64,000 bases of DNA, taken from NCBI RefSeq assembly GCF_009914755.1, contig NC_060929.1, one strand, 5' to 3'. Shown in pieces: positions 1-20,176 of the stretch; positions within the stretch are counted from its first letter, which is position 1, and each line of letters begins with the position of its first letter. Below the pieces are notes generated by a model that was not told the DNA's origin, ran no database searches, and saw only the letters and a program-made list of their open reading frames with translations. Made by a program: the position numbers and the translations under genes. This DNA is from the human T2T-CHM13v2.0 reference genome, Homo sapiens.

Positions 1-440
1 AAACAACTATTCGGTGCCATCCTTATCCCAAGGAATATCCCGGAACTCAAAACGGAGACAGTTATGATCCTTGGGGCCAAGGGGAAGTAAAAAAACTGCA
101 AGCAGAAGTAAGAGAAACAGATCTCTGTATCCACAGTAAGAGAAACAGATCTCTGTATCCACAACAACCCTTTTCCAAACTGGCAGAAAACATGTTGAAA
201 AGATACCCTGGACTTGTGGTTTCTACAATGGAAAAAATGAGATCAAGTCAGGCATTCACCTTCCTCACCACAGGTTTCTTCACAGGACCAACTCTTCCTG
301 TCTCGATGCATGAGAAGCAGAAACCAAATCATACTGGCTGTTCAGCATCAGCACACTGTAGGAAGCATGCTCCATGGGTCTTCTGACACAAAGATCACAA
401 CACACATGGTGTCCTTTTCGTTTTCTTTACAGAAAACCTC
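1..440 (+). mobile_element. Degenerate old L1M 5'UTR-like fragment
   Basis: TTTCTACAATGGAAAAAATGAGATCAAG...CTTCCTCACCA...CAGGA resembles remembered L1M1/L1MA 5' region; boundaries uncertain. Confidence 0.4.
107..162 (+). repeat. 28-bp perfect tandem duplication (AGTAAGAGAAACAGATCTCTGTATCCAC x2)
   Basis: Identical copies at 107-134 and 135-162, read directly. Confidence 0.95.
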
Positions 441-465
441 TGGTTGAAATTTCTGTTGTATCCAA

Positions 466-1438
466 GGCACCCTATGGAATGGGAGAAAATTTTTGGAATC
501 TATCCATCAGACAAAGGTCTAATATCTAGAATCTACAAGGAACTTAAACAAATTTACAAGCAAAAAACAACCCCATCAAAAAGTGGGCAAAGAATATGAA
601 CAGACACTTCTCAAAAGAAGACATTTATGCGGCCAACAAACATATGAAAAAAAACCATCATCATTGGTCATTAGAGAAATGCAAATCAAAACCACAATGA
701 GATACCATCTCATGTTAATTAGAATGGCGATCATTAAAACGTCAGGAAACAACAGATGCTGGAGAGGATGTGGAAAAACAGGAACGCTTTTACACTGTTG
801 GTAGGAGTGTTAATTAGTTCAACCGTTGTGGAAGACAGTGTGGCGATTCCTTAAGGATCTAGAACTAGAAATACCATTTGACCCAGCAATCCCATTACTG
901 GGTATATACCCAAAGGATTATAAATCATTCGACTATAAAGACACATGCACATGTATGTTTATTGCACCACTATTCACAATAGCAAAGACTTGGAACCAAC
1001 CCAAATGCCCATCAGTGATAGACTGGATAAAGAAAATGTGGCACATATACACCATGGAATACTATGAAACCATAAAAAAGGATGAGTTCATGTCCTTTGT
1101 AGGGACATGGATGAAGCTGGAAACGATCATTCTCAGCAAACTAACACAGGAACAGAAAACCAAACACCGCATGTTCTCACTCATAAGTGGGAGTTGAACA
1201 ATGAGAACACATGGACACAGGGAAGGGAACATCACACACTGGGGCCTGTCGGGGGGTGGGGGCTAGGGGAGGGATAGCATCAGGAGAAATATCTAATGTA
1301 GATGATGGGTTGATGAGTGCAGCAAACCACCATGGCACGTGTATACTGATGTAACAAGCCTGCACATTCTGCACACGTATCCCAGAACTTAAAGTATAAT
1401 AAAATAAATAAATAAAAAATAAAAAAATTAAAAAAAAA
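466..1438 (+). mobile_element. 5'-truncated L1PA7-like LINE-1 (ORF2 C-terminus + 3'UTR + A-tail)
   Basis: ORFs 583-804 and 826-1197 give L1 ORF2 C-terminal peptides (RCWRGCG..TLLHCW, EIPFDPAIPLLGIYPK); G-rich 3'UTR; A-tail; TSD GAAATTTCTGTTGTATCCAA at 446-465 and 1439-1458. Confidence 0.95.
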
Positions 1439-4070
1439 GAAATTTCTGTTGTATCCAAAACACCTTGATAAATCATGTATTGACTCTTGTTGTGCATTAC
1501 TCTAAATTTAATGTTTGCTAGACAAGGAATATGAAATTACTAAGCAATATAGAATTATTGAATTTTGCCTTCTCTATTTGAGGAAATCAAGAAACATTGT
1601 CTCCCTATTGTTTCTTTCATCATTTTATAAGAGGGTATTTTATTATTACACTTGTCAATTTTGAAAAGTAGATCCAAAAGTTGTCTTCTTATATCCCAGT
1701 ATTTATCAGATAGTCCTTTATTGTTTGCTTTGTAAGTGAGAATACACAACCATGACATTTACATATCTTTAGGAAGAATATGCCATTTAAGCAGTACAGT
1801 CTAGCATGTCACAAACTAACAATATCATCTGCTTTTTAAGAGAAAACATTTAGATTGCCTTATGCAATTTAAAGTTTTCAGTATATTATCATTATCAAGC
1901 ATGAAGGGTATTGTTTAGAAATGTTTATTTTTCAGCCAAACAGAATCAAACTAAATGCAGATATTTTATGCTCCATAAAGTAATTTAGGAAATCACTTAG
2001 CAAACACATTTTCATCAATGTTACAATTCAAACCATTTCATGGCATTTGCATTTGCAATTCAATTCTCATAAAAGCAAACTACAAAACCACAAATCATTG
2101 GTCCACTAAGTAGTACCTGGATATGGGAATAGTAACACTTAATGCATTCTGCAGATTGCTGGACTGCAGTAAGCCAGGTACTCCTTTGTACTTCAGACTC
2201 TTTGTAAATTATGGAATACAATTGTTTCTGTTTGGCTGTTTGTATTTTATTAAGAGTGGAAGAAAGGGTGTGAGAAAAAGAGAAAGATAAAATTTCCCAA
2301 GTCCATATGAAATAAAGAAAAATATAATTAAAAATAATTTAAAAATGAAGCTACGTGTCTATCATTTTATGAAGACTATTCTACTAAGGTTTCCTCTAGT
2401 CTTTCTCAGAAGTGCCAACAGAATGATCTAATTTTTTCCTACTCAAAGGTACATGTTATTATTTCTAAACTCATTCTTTAACATTTTGCATCATTTCACT
2501 TCATAAATTATTATCTGCCCACATTAGGACACTGTACGACTGAGAGAAAAATCTGAGTGGGGGATATTTCCACCAGTGCCTTCTTGCAATGGACCAATCA
2601 CAGGCTTATAAATACAAAAATAAATTAGACAATTGTAATCATATTTACTGAGTAATATTGTTTGCAGAACATCAGGTGTTCAAAAAGAAATGCCATTTTG
2701 AAATATCTTTTGTCACATTTGAGATTAAATTTGAAGAATGATAAATTAACTTTTCCCCTAATAATAAAGTATTCTAGTTTTTAGGCTATTATTTAAACCA
2801 GTCTTAGTACATAACAATCTACTGTCCAGAAAGGATTAATACCCATAAAGTGATTATCCAACTCTGGTGATAATTAGCACATCAGGGGAATAAGATTTCC
2901 ATTTAAGGTATAATTTATTCTATTTCATTTGATTCTAGGGGTCATCAAAGTAGCTTTTTATGTACCTATGAGCTAGCCTACTGGCTTCAGTCACTAAATT
3001 TCTCTACCATGCACTCTGCACATCCCTTTTTTTCTTTAGCTATTTCTTGTTGATTTGGTTTCTCACAAGCCATTAAGCAGAACTGCATAGTATAAACCTG
3101 TCACAATTTTGGACTATACGTTACGCAGAGAGTTTCTAAAAATTTTCTCATAAAAATACTTATTTCAACTTGTGCTTTCAACAGGAGATATTACCCTTCA
3201 TCTCCAGTGGCAAAATTATTTGAAGCTGATGAGTCATATAATAGTTCTCAACTCCCCAAAGCACCTTTATTATGGGAAACTACTCCTGTACTGTCATTTA
3301 GTTTGTGAAATATGAAATGCTACTGTGTGATTTTTATCTCGAAATACCTAAGAGAAGAAAATATAGATGACAATTTCTCACTAGATAGGAATCTTAAAAG
3401 GTTGAACTTACACTGTTCATGCTAGATTTCTCAAGAGTGCTCTCACATGGATTTAAGGGATGCAACCGTCTGTTAATATTTTGCTATTACATTCAAAAAC
3501 TTACTTCTTAGAAATTAAATACAGTTTTAAAGATCCTCTGCTATCTCCTTAATGTATAAACTGAGCATCATGGGAAGCAACTAAAATAATAAGACCTAGA
3601 GGGAAAAAAGACCCTAATAATGGTGACAATATAAGCCTTATCTGCTTACTAATAGAAGGACAGTGTGGAAGCTTAATAAATTTCCCCATTTACTCAAGAT
3701 CCACACTGGTGGTAGAAAGGTGTTAAATAAACACAATGAAATATGAGGGAAGCAAATTAAAATAAATAAACAGACCATTCTGTACATAATGTAATACAAG
3801 TTAAAATCTAGAAATAAAAGTTAAAAATATTTCAACTTATAGTCTAAGCTAATGTTATATTTTCTGGATATGTCTATATTGTTTAAAATTGACATTTGCT
3901 TTTATACGTTAATGGACATTAAAACTTTTCTTACTGTATTAATGCATTTCTTATGTTTGACCACCACTTGGCCAATGACTTGTATTGATGTAAAAGGTAG
4001 CAAAATATTAAAAGAAGCTCCAAATTGAACATTTAATAACTTAACGAAATAATAGTTCTGATAAGGGCAG

Positions 4071-4448
4071 TATATTAGTCAGTTCTCATGCTGCTATGAA
4101 TAAATACCCGAGACTGGGTAATTTATAAAGAAAAGAGTTTTAATTGACTCACAGTTACGAATGGCTGGGGAAGCCTCAGGAAATTTACAATCAGGACGGA
4201 AGGCGAAAGGGAAGCATGGTGCATTTTACCTAGCCAGGGGAGAGAGACAGAGAAGAGTGAGGGGACTGTAAAAACACTTTTAAACCACCAGATCTTGTGA
4301 GAACTCACTCACTATCACGAGAACAACACGGAGGAAACCGCCCCCATGGTTCAATTACCTCCCAACAGGTGCCTCCTATGACACGTAGGGATTATGGGGA
4401 TTACAATTCAAGATGAGATTTGGGTGGGGACACAGCCAAATCATATCA
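4071..4448 (-). mobile_element. THE1 (THE1D/C-like) MaLR solo LTR
   Basis: Minus strand begins TGATATGATTTGGCTGTGTCCCCACCCAAATCTCATCTTGAATTG; 378 bp; perfect 5-bp TSD GGCAG at 4066-4070 and 4449-4453. Confidence 0.93.
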
Positions 4449-5269
4449 GGCAGTTAAGAGAGAGAGAATGAGAAATACAGAAGGCTCAGTTTGAAGAGAT
4501 GGTATTGAGGAGTGATTTGCAAATTTGAGAAGTAACTAATTTCACGTGAGGTAGTGGTAGCTCAGCAAGAAAATAACATTAAACTAGTTACGTTATTTCA
4601 TAAGTGTAATTTTTCTTTGCCACTTCTTGGTATAATTCAGAAAACATCTGGAATAATTTCCAATGTCTTTGGATGATTAACAAGATTACTAATCAAATGC
4701 AACATTGTGCTGATCTTGTCTGATAGTCAGATTAGCTTTATACCCACTACATATATTACTTACTATAAATCCCTTTTGGAATAGTGGGAAGACATACAAA
4801 AACAGATAGTATGACAGATTAGAATGTTTCTATCAGGATTCCATAAGGTTATTAAAATTTCATGACTCTGTGAATCTAGACACATAGAATTAAAAACAAT
4901 ACTATTTTATTCCAGAAAATGAATTGCCGTTATTTTAATAAGAGACAGAGAGACCAAAATTATAAATTTTTGGAACAAATAAATTTAATTTCTTTAATTT
5001 TTAATAGCTCAGAATACTTTAAAATCTGCTAATTTTGATTCTAAAAATATATAACACTTTTTCTAGGAAAACAATTCATAGATAGTTAAGGTTTTATTTT
5101 GATTTGTTTGCTTGATTTTGCTTTTTCTTTAGTGACACATTCAAAGTGGATTCTCTGTTAATTGCTTTTTTAAAGAAATAACTACTCAAATCTTTAAGTG
5201 TATGTTATATTTTGATGCATTTTTAAATAACGAAGTAGAAGATTTGATACCATTCTTATCAATTAATAT

Positions 5270-5660
5270 ATGGTATACCAAAGTAACAGACAATCCTGTA
5301 ATTTCAGTGGCTTACACTAACAAATATTTATATTTTTGCTCATGCCACCTGTCCCTCACAGATGATGATGTGGGGAGGCATGTGGGGTGTTCTCGGTTGT
5401 AGTCACTTAGTAACCCGGGCTGCTGTAGTTTTCATCATCATCTTGGAACATTCATCCATGATTACCAAGGCAAAGAAGTAAGATGTGGTGAATTTTGCAT
5501 CTTAGCACTCCGAATTCTATGTAAATGTGGTTGTAATCATTCATGCTTTATTATCCAAAGCAAATCAAATGGCAACTTGTAGATTGAAAGGGGCTGGTAG
5601 TTGAAAGCCTGTATTATACCTGGATGTGGGCAAAAGCAGGAATATTTGGTGAGCTATATG
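5270..5660 (-). mobile_element. Old MLT1-type MaLR LTR remnant
   Basis: GTAACAGACAATCCTGTAATTTCAGTGGCTTACAC...ATTTATATTTTTGCTCATG resembles the reverse 3' end of MLT1 LTRs; highly diverged. Confidence 0.5.
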
Positions 5661-5758
5661 AATCATTTACATATCCTTTAAAGAGATTTCTTTTCTATAT
5701 AACTGTGTAATAGCATATAAAGCTACAAGTAAGTGAAAACAATAAAATGAGAGTGGTT

Positions 5759-12572
<6,814 letters not shown>

Positions 12573-14045
12573 CTGTCTGCATTTCAGTAAGAAAGACATT
12601 TTAGTGAAGAGCATGGAAAGCAGGTGAAAATGATAAAATTTCAAATGCCATTTAAGAATTCCTTCTCTTTCTCTTCCACAGGACAATTAATAACACCTAA
12701 AGAACAGTGCTCTAAGGATTCCACATATGCTGTGTGGATTTGAACATTTGCAATGTTACTGATATATTTTCAGGTTACCGAAATTTGGCTTAATAATTGA
12801 TGTTTACTTGAGAATATATATGACATCATAATTTAAACCAAATTTTACCTAGTGATGAATAACTAAATCAGCATTTCATTTTATTTTGTATTCTCACCTA
12901 TCTTTATTTTTCTCTCTTTTTTGTTTTTTATTCAGGGATGTCACAAATTTCTCAGCAGTGACCTATTTTCATTCCTATTTCAAACCTATTCCTAATGAAA
13001 CCCTGGTGACATTTTCAGAAGCATCTTATGGATTCTCTTCTTTTCTTTCAGACTTTTCATTTTACCATACTTGTTTACTCCAGGTTTTATTACACTATTA
13101 TGTCCATGTGAGCTTATAAGCAATATTTCTCTTTCCCTCCTTATTATCTTGTGAAATATTCTATTAAAATTTGCCTCCCACAAAGATCTTGCATATTCCA
13201 TTTACTCCATGTTGCTATTGATGGTGACTGCCATTATTCTATTTCTTTATTGTCATGTTCTTAGCTGTACCTTGGCTTCTGATGTTTGCATTAATTTAAA
13301 AAATCTGTAGTAGAAAGGGTGTATCTAGAATTCTCTTTCCTGTATTATTTTCTGCACTGACAAAGTAATTGTGTACTTGCTCTCGATGAAAGGGTCAATT
13401 TCCCAAAAGTGCCACCATGAGAATTATTTCCCAGACAATAAAACAATCATCTTGGCACAATATATATCAGTTCTTCCTATATGCTACGGGAGGAAGTTCC
13501 TTCCCATAGCACATGAAGCCAAGTGACAAGAAAAGTTGGGATAAGGAAAATATCTTTTACTGTTTTATTGTTTACGGTTGTTAGTGCACAAAAGAAAATG
13601 TTGCCGTCATGAAATACACCTGGACATCAGCTGGAACTGTCTTGAATGAGTCTTCATAGAAAGCCTAAGGCATCTATAACACCTAACTAAATATTCAATG
13701 TGTTTAGAAATTTATTCTTCTGCCAAAGTTAATTAAACAGAAGGACACCTGTGTAAAGAACATCAATCCTGATAACCATGGTTTTCTTGGGCTGCCTAAG
13801 CATAAACAAATGATATTCTAGTGAAGAATCTAAATAATTTGTTGCCCAACTGAAGGGAAAGCTAACAAAATGACAAGCAATTTCATCTACCTATGGAAAA
13901 ACAGAAATCAGAGGGTCATCTGAATTATATAGTGAAAGAGCTGGAGAATACCTCGATAATCCATAGAACCAACACGTCCACTGCGCATTGGGAAAAGAAA
14001 AACAAGACTTAGAGTTAAAAATAATGGAGAAATTTCATTCCTAGC

Positions 14046-14243
14046 TGTGTTAGTTTCTAGGGCTGACATAACCAAGTACCACAGATTGAGTGGCTTAAAC
14101 AACAGAAATTTATTGTCTCATGGTTCTGGAGAATACAAGGTTCAGATCAAGATGCCAGCACGGTTGATTCCTTCTGATGTATGTCAGAGGGAAATTTGTC
14201 CCATGCCTCTCTCTTACCTCCTTTTGGTTTGCTGGCAATTTTT
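14046..14243 (-). mobile_element. MLT1C-like LTR, partial
   Basis: TGTGTTAGTTTCTAGGGCTGACATAACCAAGTACCACAGATTGAGTGGCTTAAACAACAGAAATTTATT is the reverse 3' end of MLT1C; stops abruptly at 14243. Confidence 0.8.
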
Positions 14244-14572
14244 GAACTATGCAGCCGTAAGAAAGGTAGGAATCTATTATCCTCAGCAAACTAACACAGG
14301 AACAGAAAATCAAATACTGCATGTTCTCACTTATAAATAGGAGCTACATTATGAGAACCCATAATCACAAGGAAACAACAGACACTGAGGTCCTCTGAAG
14401 GGTGGAGGGTGGGAGGAGGGAGAGGAGCAGAACAGATAACTATTGGGTACTTATTGGGCTTAATTCCTGGGTGATGAAATAATCTGAACAACCAATGTCC
14501 ATGACATGAGTTTACCTATGTAACAAACCTTCCATGTACCCTCAAAACCTAAAATAAAAGTTCAAAAAAAGA
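14244..14572 (+). mobile_element. L1PREC2/L1PA15-like 3' end fragment
   Basis: CTCAGCAAACTAACACAGGAACAGAAA...GAGGAGCAGAACAGATAACTATTGGGTAC...CCTAAAATAAAAGTT plus A-tail. Confidence 0.85.
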
Positions 14573-15599
14573 AATATATAAATTACCAAAGGGATAAAAT
14601 GATAACATGAGTTTATAATGACAGTTGAGAACAAAGTATTTTCATGACACTGACGATATTAATAAAATCCACTTTTGTTATTTCAAAAATAAAAATCTCT
14701 TTGTATCCAATAATACTTCTTGTTCTAAAATATGTTTTGTCTTACATTAAAATAATTGCTCTGGCTCTCTTAAGGCTACTGTTTGCATCGTATAACCTTT
14801 ACCATAGCTAGCTATTTTTATCATCTTGATTTCAACAAATACTCTTATTCTTCACCTTTAACAGTTTGGCTATGTTGTGTCTATGTGTTTATATTTATTC
14901 TATGTTAGAATTGCTGATGTGCTTAATATGTAGATTTATGTTTCTCATCAAACTTGGACTTTTTTTTGCCATTTATTTACATTTTTTGCCTGTCTTTTCT
15001 CTCCTTCTGGGGTCCTCATTTAGTATACAGGTATACTTAATGTTGTCCCACAGTATATTTTCTCTGGCATAGAAGTTGCCTGTGTCACCTTCTTATGCAT
15101 AAGGTCACTGCTCAACTATTTTCTCCTCTTTCTTAGAATGTCTCTGATTTTTTTATTGTAGAAACTTAGACATTTAAGGTCATATAGCTTTATAACTCTT
15201 AATTCTAATATTTTAGAAGGTTTGAATTTTCTTTTCACTATTGATATTTTTAACTATAATAACTTGTAAGATCTGTTGAATTTCGCTTCCTCTCAATGTG
15301 CAGCTGCTTTTTACATTCTTTTTTATTTTTAACTTGGATTCCTAGGGGATGCACCTGTGTTTGCATAGGTTAGTATTCAGCCACAGGTTTGGCAGAGGTT
15401 ATGTTTGAATATCTTACTTTAGTCACGGTTCCATTCTCTATCAAAGGATCTCACAGTGGATTGGACAGTGCATTCAAGAATTAGGCATTTTCCAAGTCCA
15501 TCCTGGATGTTACTTTTGAATAGGCATTTTCTGCCTCATTTGTGTGCATGTGAAACCTCCTAATAAGCCATGAATTGTGCACAAATAGTCCCACACATA

Positions 15600-16420
15600 A
15601 TGGATCACCTGATATTGCAGACAAATATCAAGTAATTCATCGAGGGGAAAGAATAAAATTTGATTGACACTTTACAAAAGGGAGTTAGAAATGCCCAATA
15701 AGCATATGAAAGAATGGTTAATATTTAGTCATCTGGAAAAGGTAAGTTATAATCATAATAAAATAACACTATTCATAACTTGAATGGAAAAAGTGAAAAA
15801 AAAGTCTAAAATCACAAAGTGTTGATGAGGATAGTGAATAACTTCAACTCTCATACATTGCTAATATCCATTTTACATATAAAACACCATGGAAAAGTGA
15901 TAGTTTCTAAAAATAATTAATGAGCACTTGACATTCAATCCAAACATTCCACTCTTAGGTATTTATTTAAGATAAATAAAATCACAAAGTCTAGTGTATA
16001 AATGTCCATGGTAGTTTTATTCATAGTGGCAGAAATAAATCCAGATATCTACCAAACATAGTGTTGCACATCTACATGGTAGAATGTTATTCAGTAATAG
16101 CAATAAATATGTATATACCAGAAAATACTTACTGATACCTGAAACATAGATTGATATAAAAGTCAGTGTTCTAAATGAAGGAAGCCAGAATCAAAAACTT
16201 ATTTTATGATTCCACTTATATAAAATTCTAGAGATTGCAAATGAATCTATAAATAACAAAAAGGCAATCAGTGATTGCCTGTGGCTAGGGGCAGCAGAAA
16301 AGATGGACTGCAAATGGCCATGGGGAAAATTTTGTAGAGGATGGAAATACTCTGCATCTTGATTGCAGCAGTAGTTTCATTTGACAAGACAAAACTCACA
16401 AAATTGTAGATTTGATAGTT
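15600..16420 (+). mobile_element. Old L1ME-type 3' region
   Basis: AATAAGCATATGAAA, ATTCCACTCTTAGGTATTTA, GATTCCACTTATATAAAATTCTAGA and TCAGTGATTGCCTG motifs typical of L1ME 3' ends. Confidence 0.7.
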
Positions 16421-16557
16421 TTTGTATATCTGTATGCACATGTGTATACATATATAATATTCCATGTCATTGCAATTGATAACATCTATAATTTACACAC
16501 ATATTATTATCCTTAATTATACAGTCTCTTTCTCTTAGTATACCTGCTTATAAATTA

Positions 16558-16782
16558 CAGCTGTCCCTCTGTATTGGTTGGGGGAATGGTTCCAGGACCC
16601 CTACATATTCCAAAACCTAAGCACATGCAAGTCTTGCGGTGGGCCCCACAGAGCCTGCACATATGAAAAGTTGGCCCTCCATATACATGGGTTTTGCATC
16701 CTGTGAATACTGTATTTTCCATCCAAGTTTGGTTGAAAAAAATTCACATATAAGCGGACTGGCACAGTTCAAGGATCAACGG
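16558..16782 (+). mobile_element. MER8 (Tigger2-derived MITE)
   Basis: TA|CAGCTGTCCCTCTGTA...GGTTCCAGGACCCC...GAATACTGTATTTTC...GTTCAAGGATCAAC matches the remembered MER8 consensus with CpG decay. Confidence 0.85.
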
Positions 16783-17289
16783 TGAAGACAGATGAATACC
16801 CTCCAAGGGTGACAAAGAAAGCAATATAAAGACAATAGGGACACCTAAGTTTTAAGACTTTAGAAAGCAAAATGTTAGTCCTTCTATGCACAAATAATCA
16901 GCTTAACCCAGATTTGACAAGTTTAAATTAGTTTGGCTAAAATAAATTATACACGATATCCTAAGTATTTTAAATCTAATTTATGCTTCATAAATGATTA
17001 TTAAAACCAATTATACATACTATTATAAGAATAAACAAGCAAGCAATAAACTTCCACCTAGTTACAGAGCACTGTGGAACCATAAATAATAAAAAAATTG
17101 AAATATTATGGTTGAGTTAATTATCTAAGACAAAAATCTAAGTCTTTGCTTTACTTTATATAATTTTGCAAAGCAATCTTTTTTTAAAGAATGATTCAGG
17201 AAAAAACCCAATTAATATGAGATTTTTGAAGATGCAAAATTTATTTACTTGCTTGACAACCATCATTACCTGAGTTTTTCACCCACTGT

Positions 17290-17700
17290 TTCAAGCCCTG
17301 GGATACAGACAAATAAGTCTGTTATGGTTCTTGGCCTCACTGAAGTTAAAATTCAGTAGGGGAAAGCAGACAATGAAAAATCAACTATATAAAAACATTT
17401 TAAAAATATTTTTCTAAGTACTATAAACAGAATATACATGTGATAAAGAACGGTGGTAATTGTGAAGTTGAGGGTGGCTACTTATAATTAAGTAGGTGTG
17501 TACTTTCCAAAGGGACTGCTTCTCCGAGGAGTATGAATGAGAGTTACTTGTGTGACTGTCTCCAGGAAGATCATTCAAACATAAGTCATAAATAGCAAGC
17601 ACAAAGTACTGGAGACCAGAATGGGCTACATATACTTCATGTAAAGAAGGGAGTCAACTGAGCCTGAAGATAGTGTATCAGATTGGGGTGGGGTGAGAAG
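17290..17700 (-). mobile_element. L2 3' fragment
   Basis: CTGGGATACAGAC...GGCCTCACTGAAGTTAAAATTCAGTAGGGGAAAGCAGACAAT resembles reverse L2a. Confidence 0.6.
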
Positions 17701-18247
17701 TTGGGTGAAAAGAGTTGACGCATTAATTTCATTGATTTACCAAAGAGTATTTTTTTCTAACTAACATTCCTCAAATTCTAGTTCTCCTGAACTATTTGTT
17801 TTAACTTTAAAGGTAATCATGCCTATTGAATAGACATTCTAAGTATACCTAAAAAAAAAGGAAGCTAAAATAAAATTGGAGTTCACACAAAATTTTTTCT
17901 ACAAATAACACTTTTAAAAATCTGTACTTGTAAAACTCACAAATACTTTACGTTTAATATTTGCCAGTCTGATTATATAAATGTTGTTAAAAATTGGAGA
18001 TGTCTACTTCATTAATTGAACATGAGATTGAAAGAATTGAGTTATGTCTTGGTAATCTGAAACACTGATGGACATACATATTGGCAATTCACATCATAGG
18101 TTATCTGGAGCTCAAGCAGTTTAGCAATCTAAAATGTAAGAGACTGTTTTTACTTCAGGCAGAAATTGCTCTTTAGATTTAACTTAAATCTCTCAATAAT
18201 TTTCCAGAGTTTGAGCAAATGTATGTCTAATAAAAGTTGCATATGTA

Positions 18248-18669
<422 letters not shown>

Positions 18670-20128
18670 TTATTAAATAAAGATTTTATCCTATGGCCCC
18701 AAATATCAGATTTAATTAATGTTTTTAAAATATTTATTGCCTTAGCCACATTTATAATTTAACTCAGATACCCAACTTCTTTAAGATGTCAGCTTCTAAG
18801 TGTTTAGAGATCTAATACTGAAGCAGGAGTTCATGAAATGCTTGATTAGTGATATTTAACCAGCAGCTGTCTCCTATCTTCCATTCACTTTTCACGTTTC
18901 AGACCTTTGGAATTTCTTACAAAACCCAAAATACAAGTTTACTTAATAGGTCATACTCTAAAATAAATGGATTTTTATTGCTGTACCCATTTTATAGGAG
19001 AACAAATAAGCTTCTTAAGTAATTAAATAAATGAATATATAAACACATATAAGTATATATGAATAGATAACAAAAAGAAAAAATGCAAGAAAAGAGTTGG
19101 TGCCATCTTTGAATTAAGTAGTACATACTAGGCATGGAGTTAGGTGCTCAATATGCATTGCCTTTAAAACTAAGAGTTGTTACATATATATTGTTATCAC
19201 ATCAAATATAAAAAGCAGAGATACAAAAAAAAATGGTTAAACTAAATAGACAATATAAGACAGAGAAACCTGATTCAAAACCTAGTGCTTATGACCCCAG
19301 GGCTCTGCTTTTGTCCTTCGTGTCATTTGCCACTAGGTGGTTTAATGTCAAAAGCTGTGAATTAATTGATATCTCATTATTAGTATGAGTCTGCTTTGGT
19401 TTCATGTCTTAATGGATATTAAAAGTTATAATAGCATTATTCATAAGGACAGTAACCTGGCATTTGCCTTCAGCAGAACGGGAGAGGGGGTCCTATGTAT
19501 CGACTGGGTCCCAAAGAGTTTCTTTTCAGGGCCCTTTACTTGACCACAAGTCATCAAGTGATTATCTTCATTTTACTCATGACCACCTCTACCGAGAAAC
19601 AGTTTAAAAAACATATTAATAGGAATACATATTTTAACATGTATTTTTCTACCCTTTCCTCTTCTCTCATCTGTATCATCTAAAGATAGTTCTGCCTTTT
19701 TTACTTAGTGTTTTCTGACTTTATAGAAGTGTCCTGTCATCAGGAATTTTTGGTGTAAGATTTGGAGAAACTAGAGGAATACAAGCAATAAAACAAATTT
19801 AGTGTATTCTAGATAGAGATGTTGTGGGATCAAAAGAAGTGTACAAGTTCTGGGCTCATAAAAAGGTGAGAGAGGATGGAGTGGGCTGGGATGGGTTAAG
19901 ATTAAAGCACTGAGACAGCCATGAGCACCCAGTGTTGAAGGGAGTTTTTTCTGGCTTGGATAGTGATAATCTTTGGGATTTGAGAAGTAGATGGAGAATT
20001 GATCAGTTGATAAAGGGGGATTTTAGGAAGTTTTACAGGTACTTTAGATTATTGCATGACACCCTTGGAAAGGCCACATACCACTAGCTATCCAGCAATG
20101 CTTATACGCTTATTTATACGCTTATTTA

Positions 20129-20173
<45 letters not shown>
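20129..20173 (+). repeat. Compound (TC)6(AC)16 microsatellite
   Basis: Read directly; preceded by a 12-bp tandem duplication TTATACGCTTAT at 20102-20125. Confidence 0.95.

Positions 20174-20176
<3 letters not shown>

Noticed and set aside
1241-1274. G-quadruplex-capable tract
   Set aside because: Standard feature of L1PA 3'UTRs.
12661-13113. Plus-strand acceptor-like sites (12681, 12935) and a weak donor (~13108)
   Set aside because: Pyrimidine tracts are frequent in AT-rich DNA; no recognisable coding frame or supporting exon chain.
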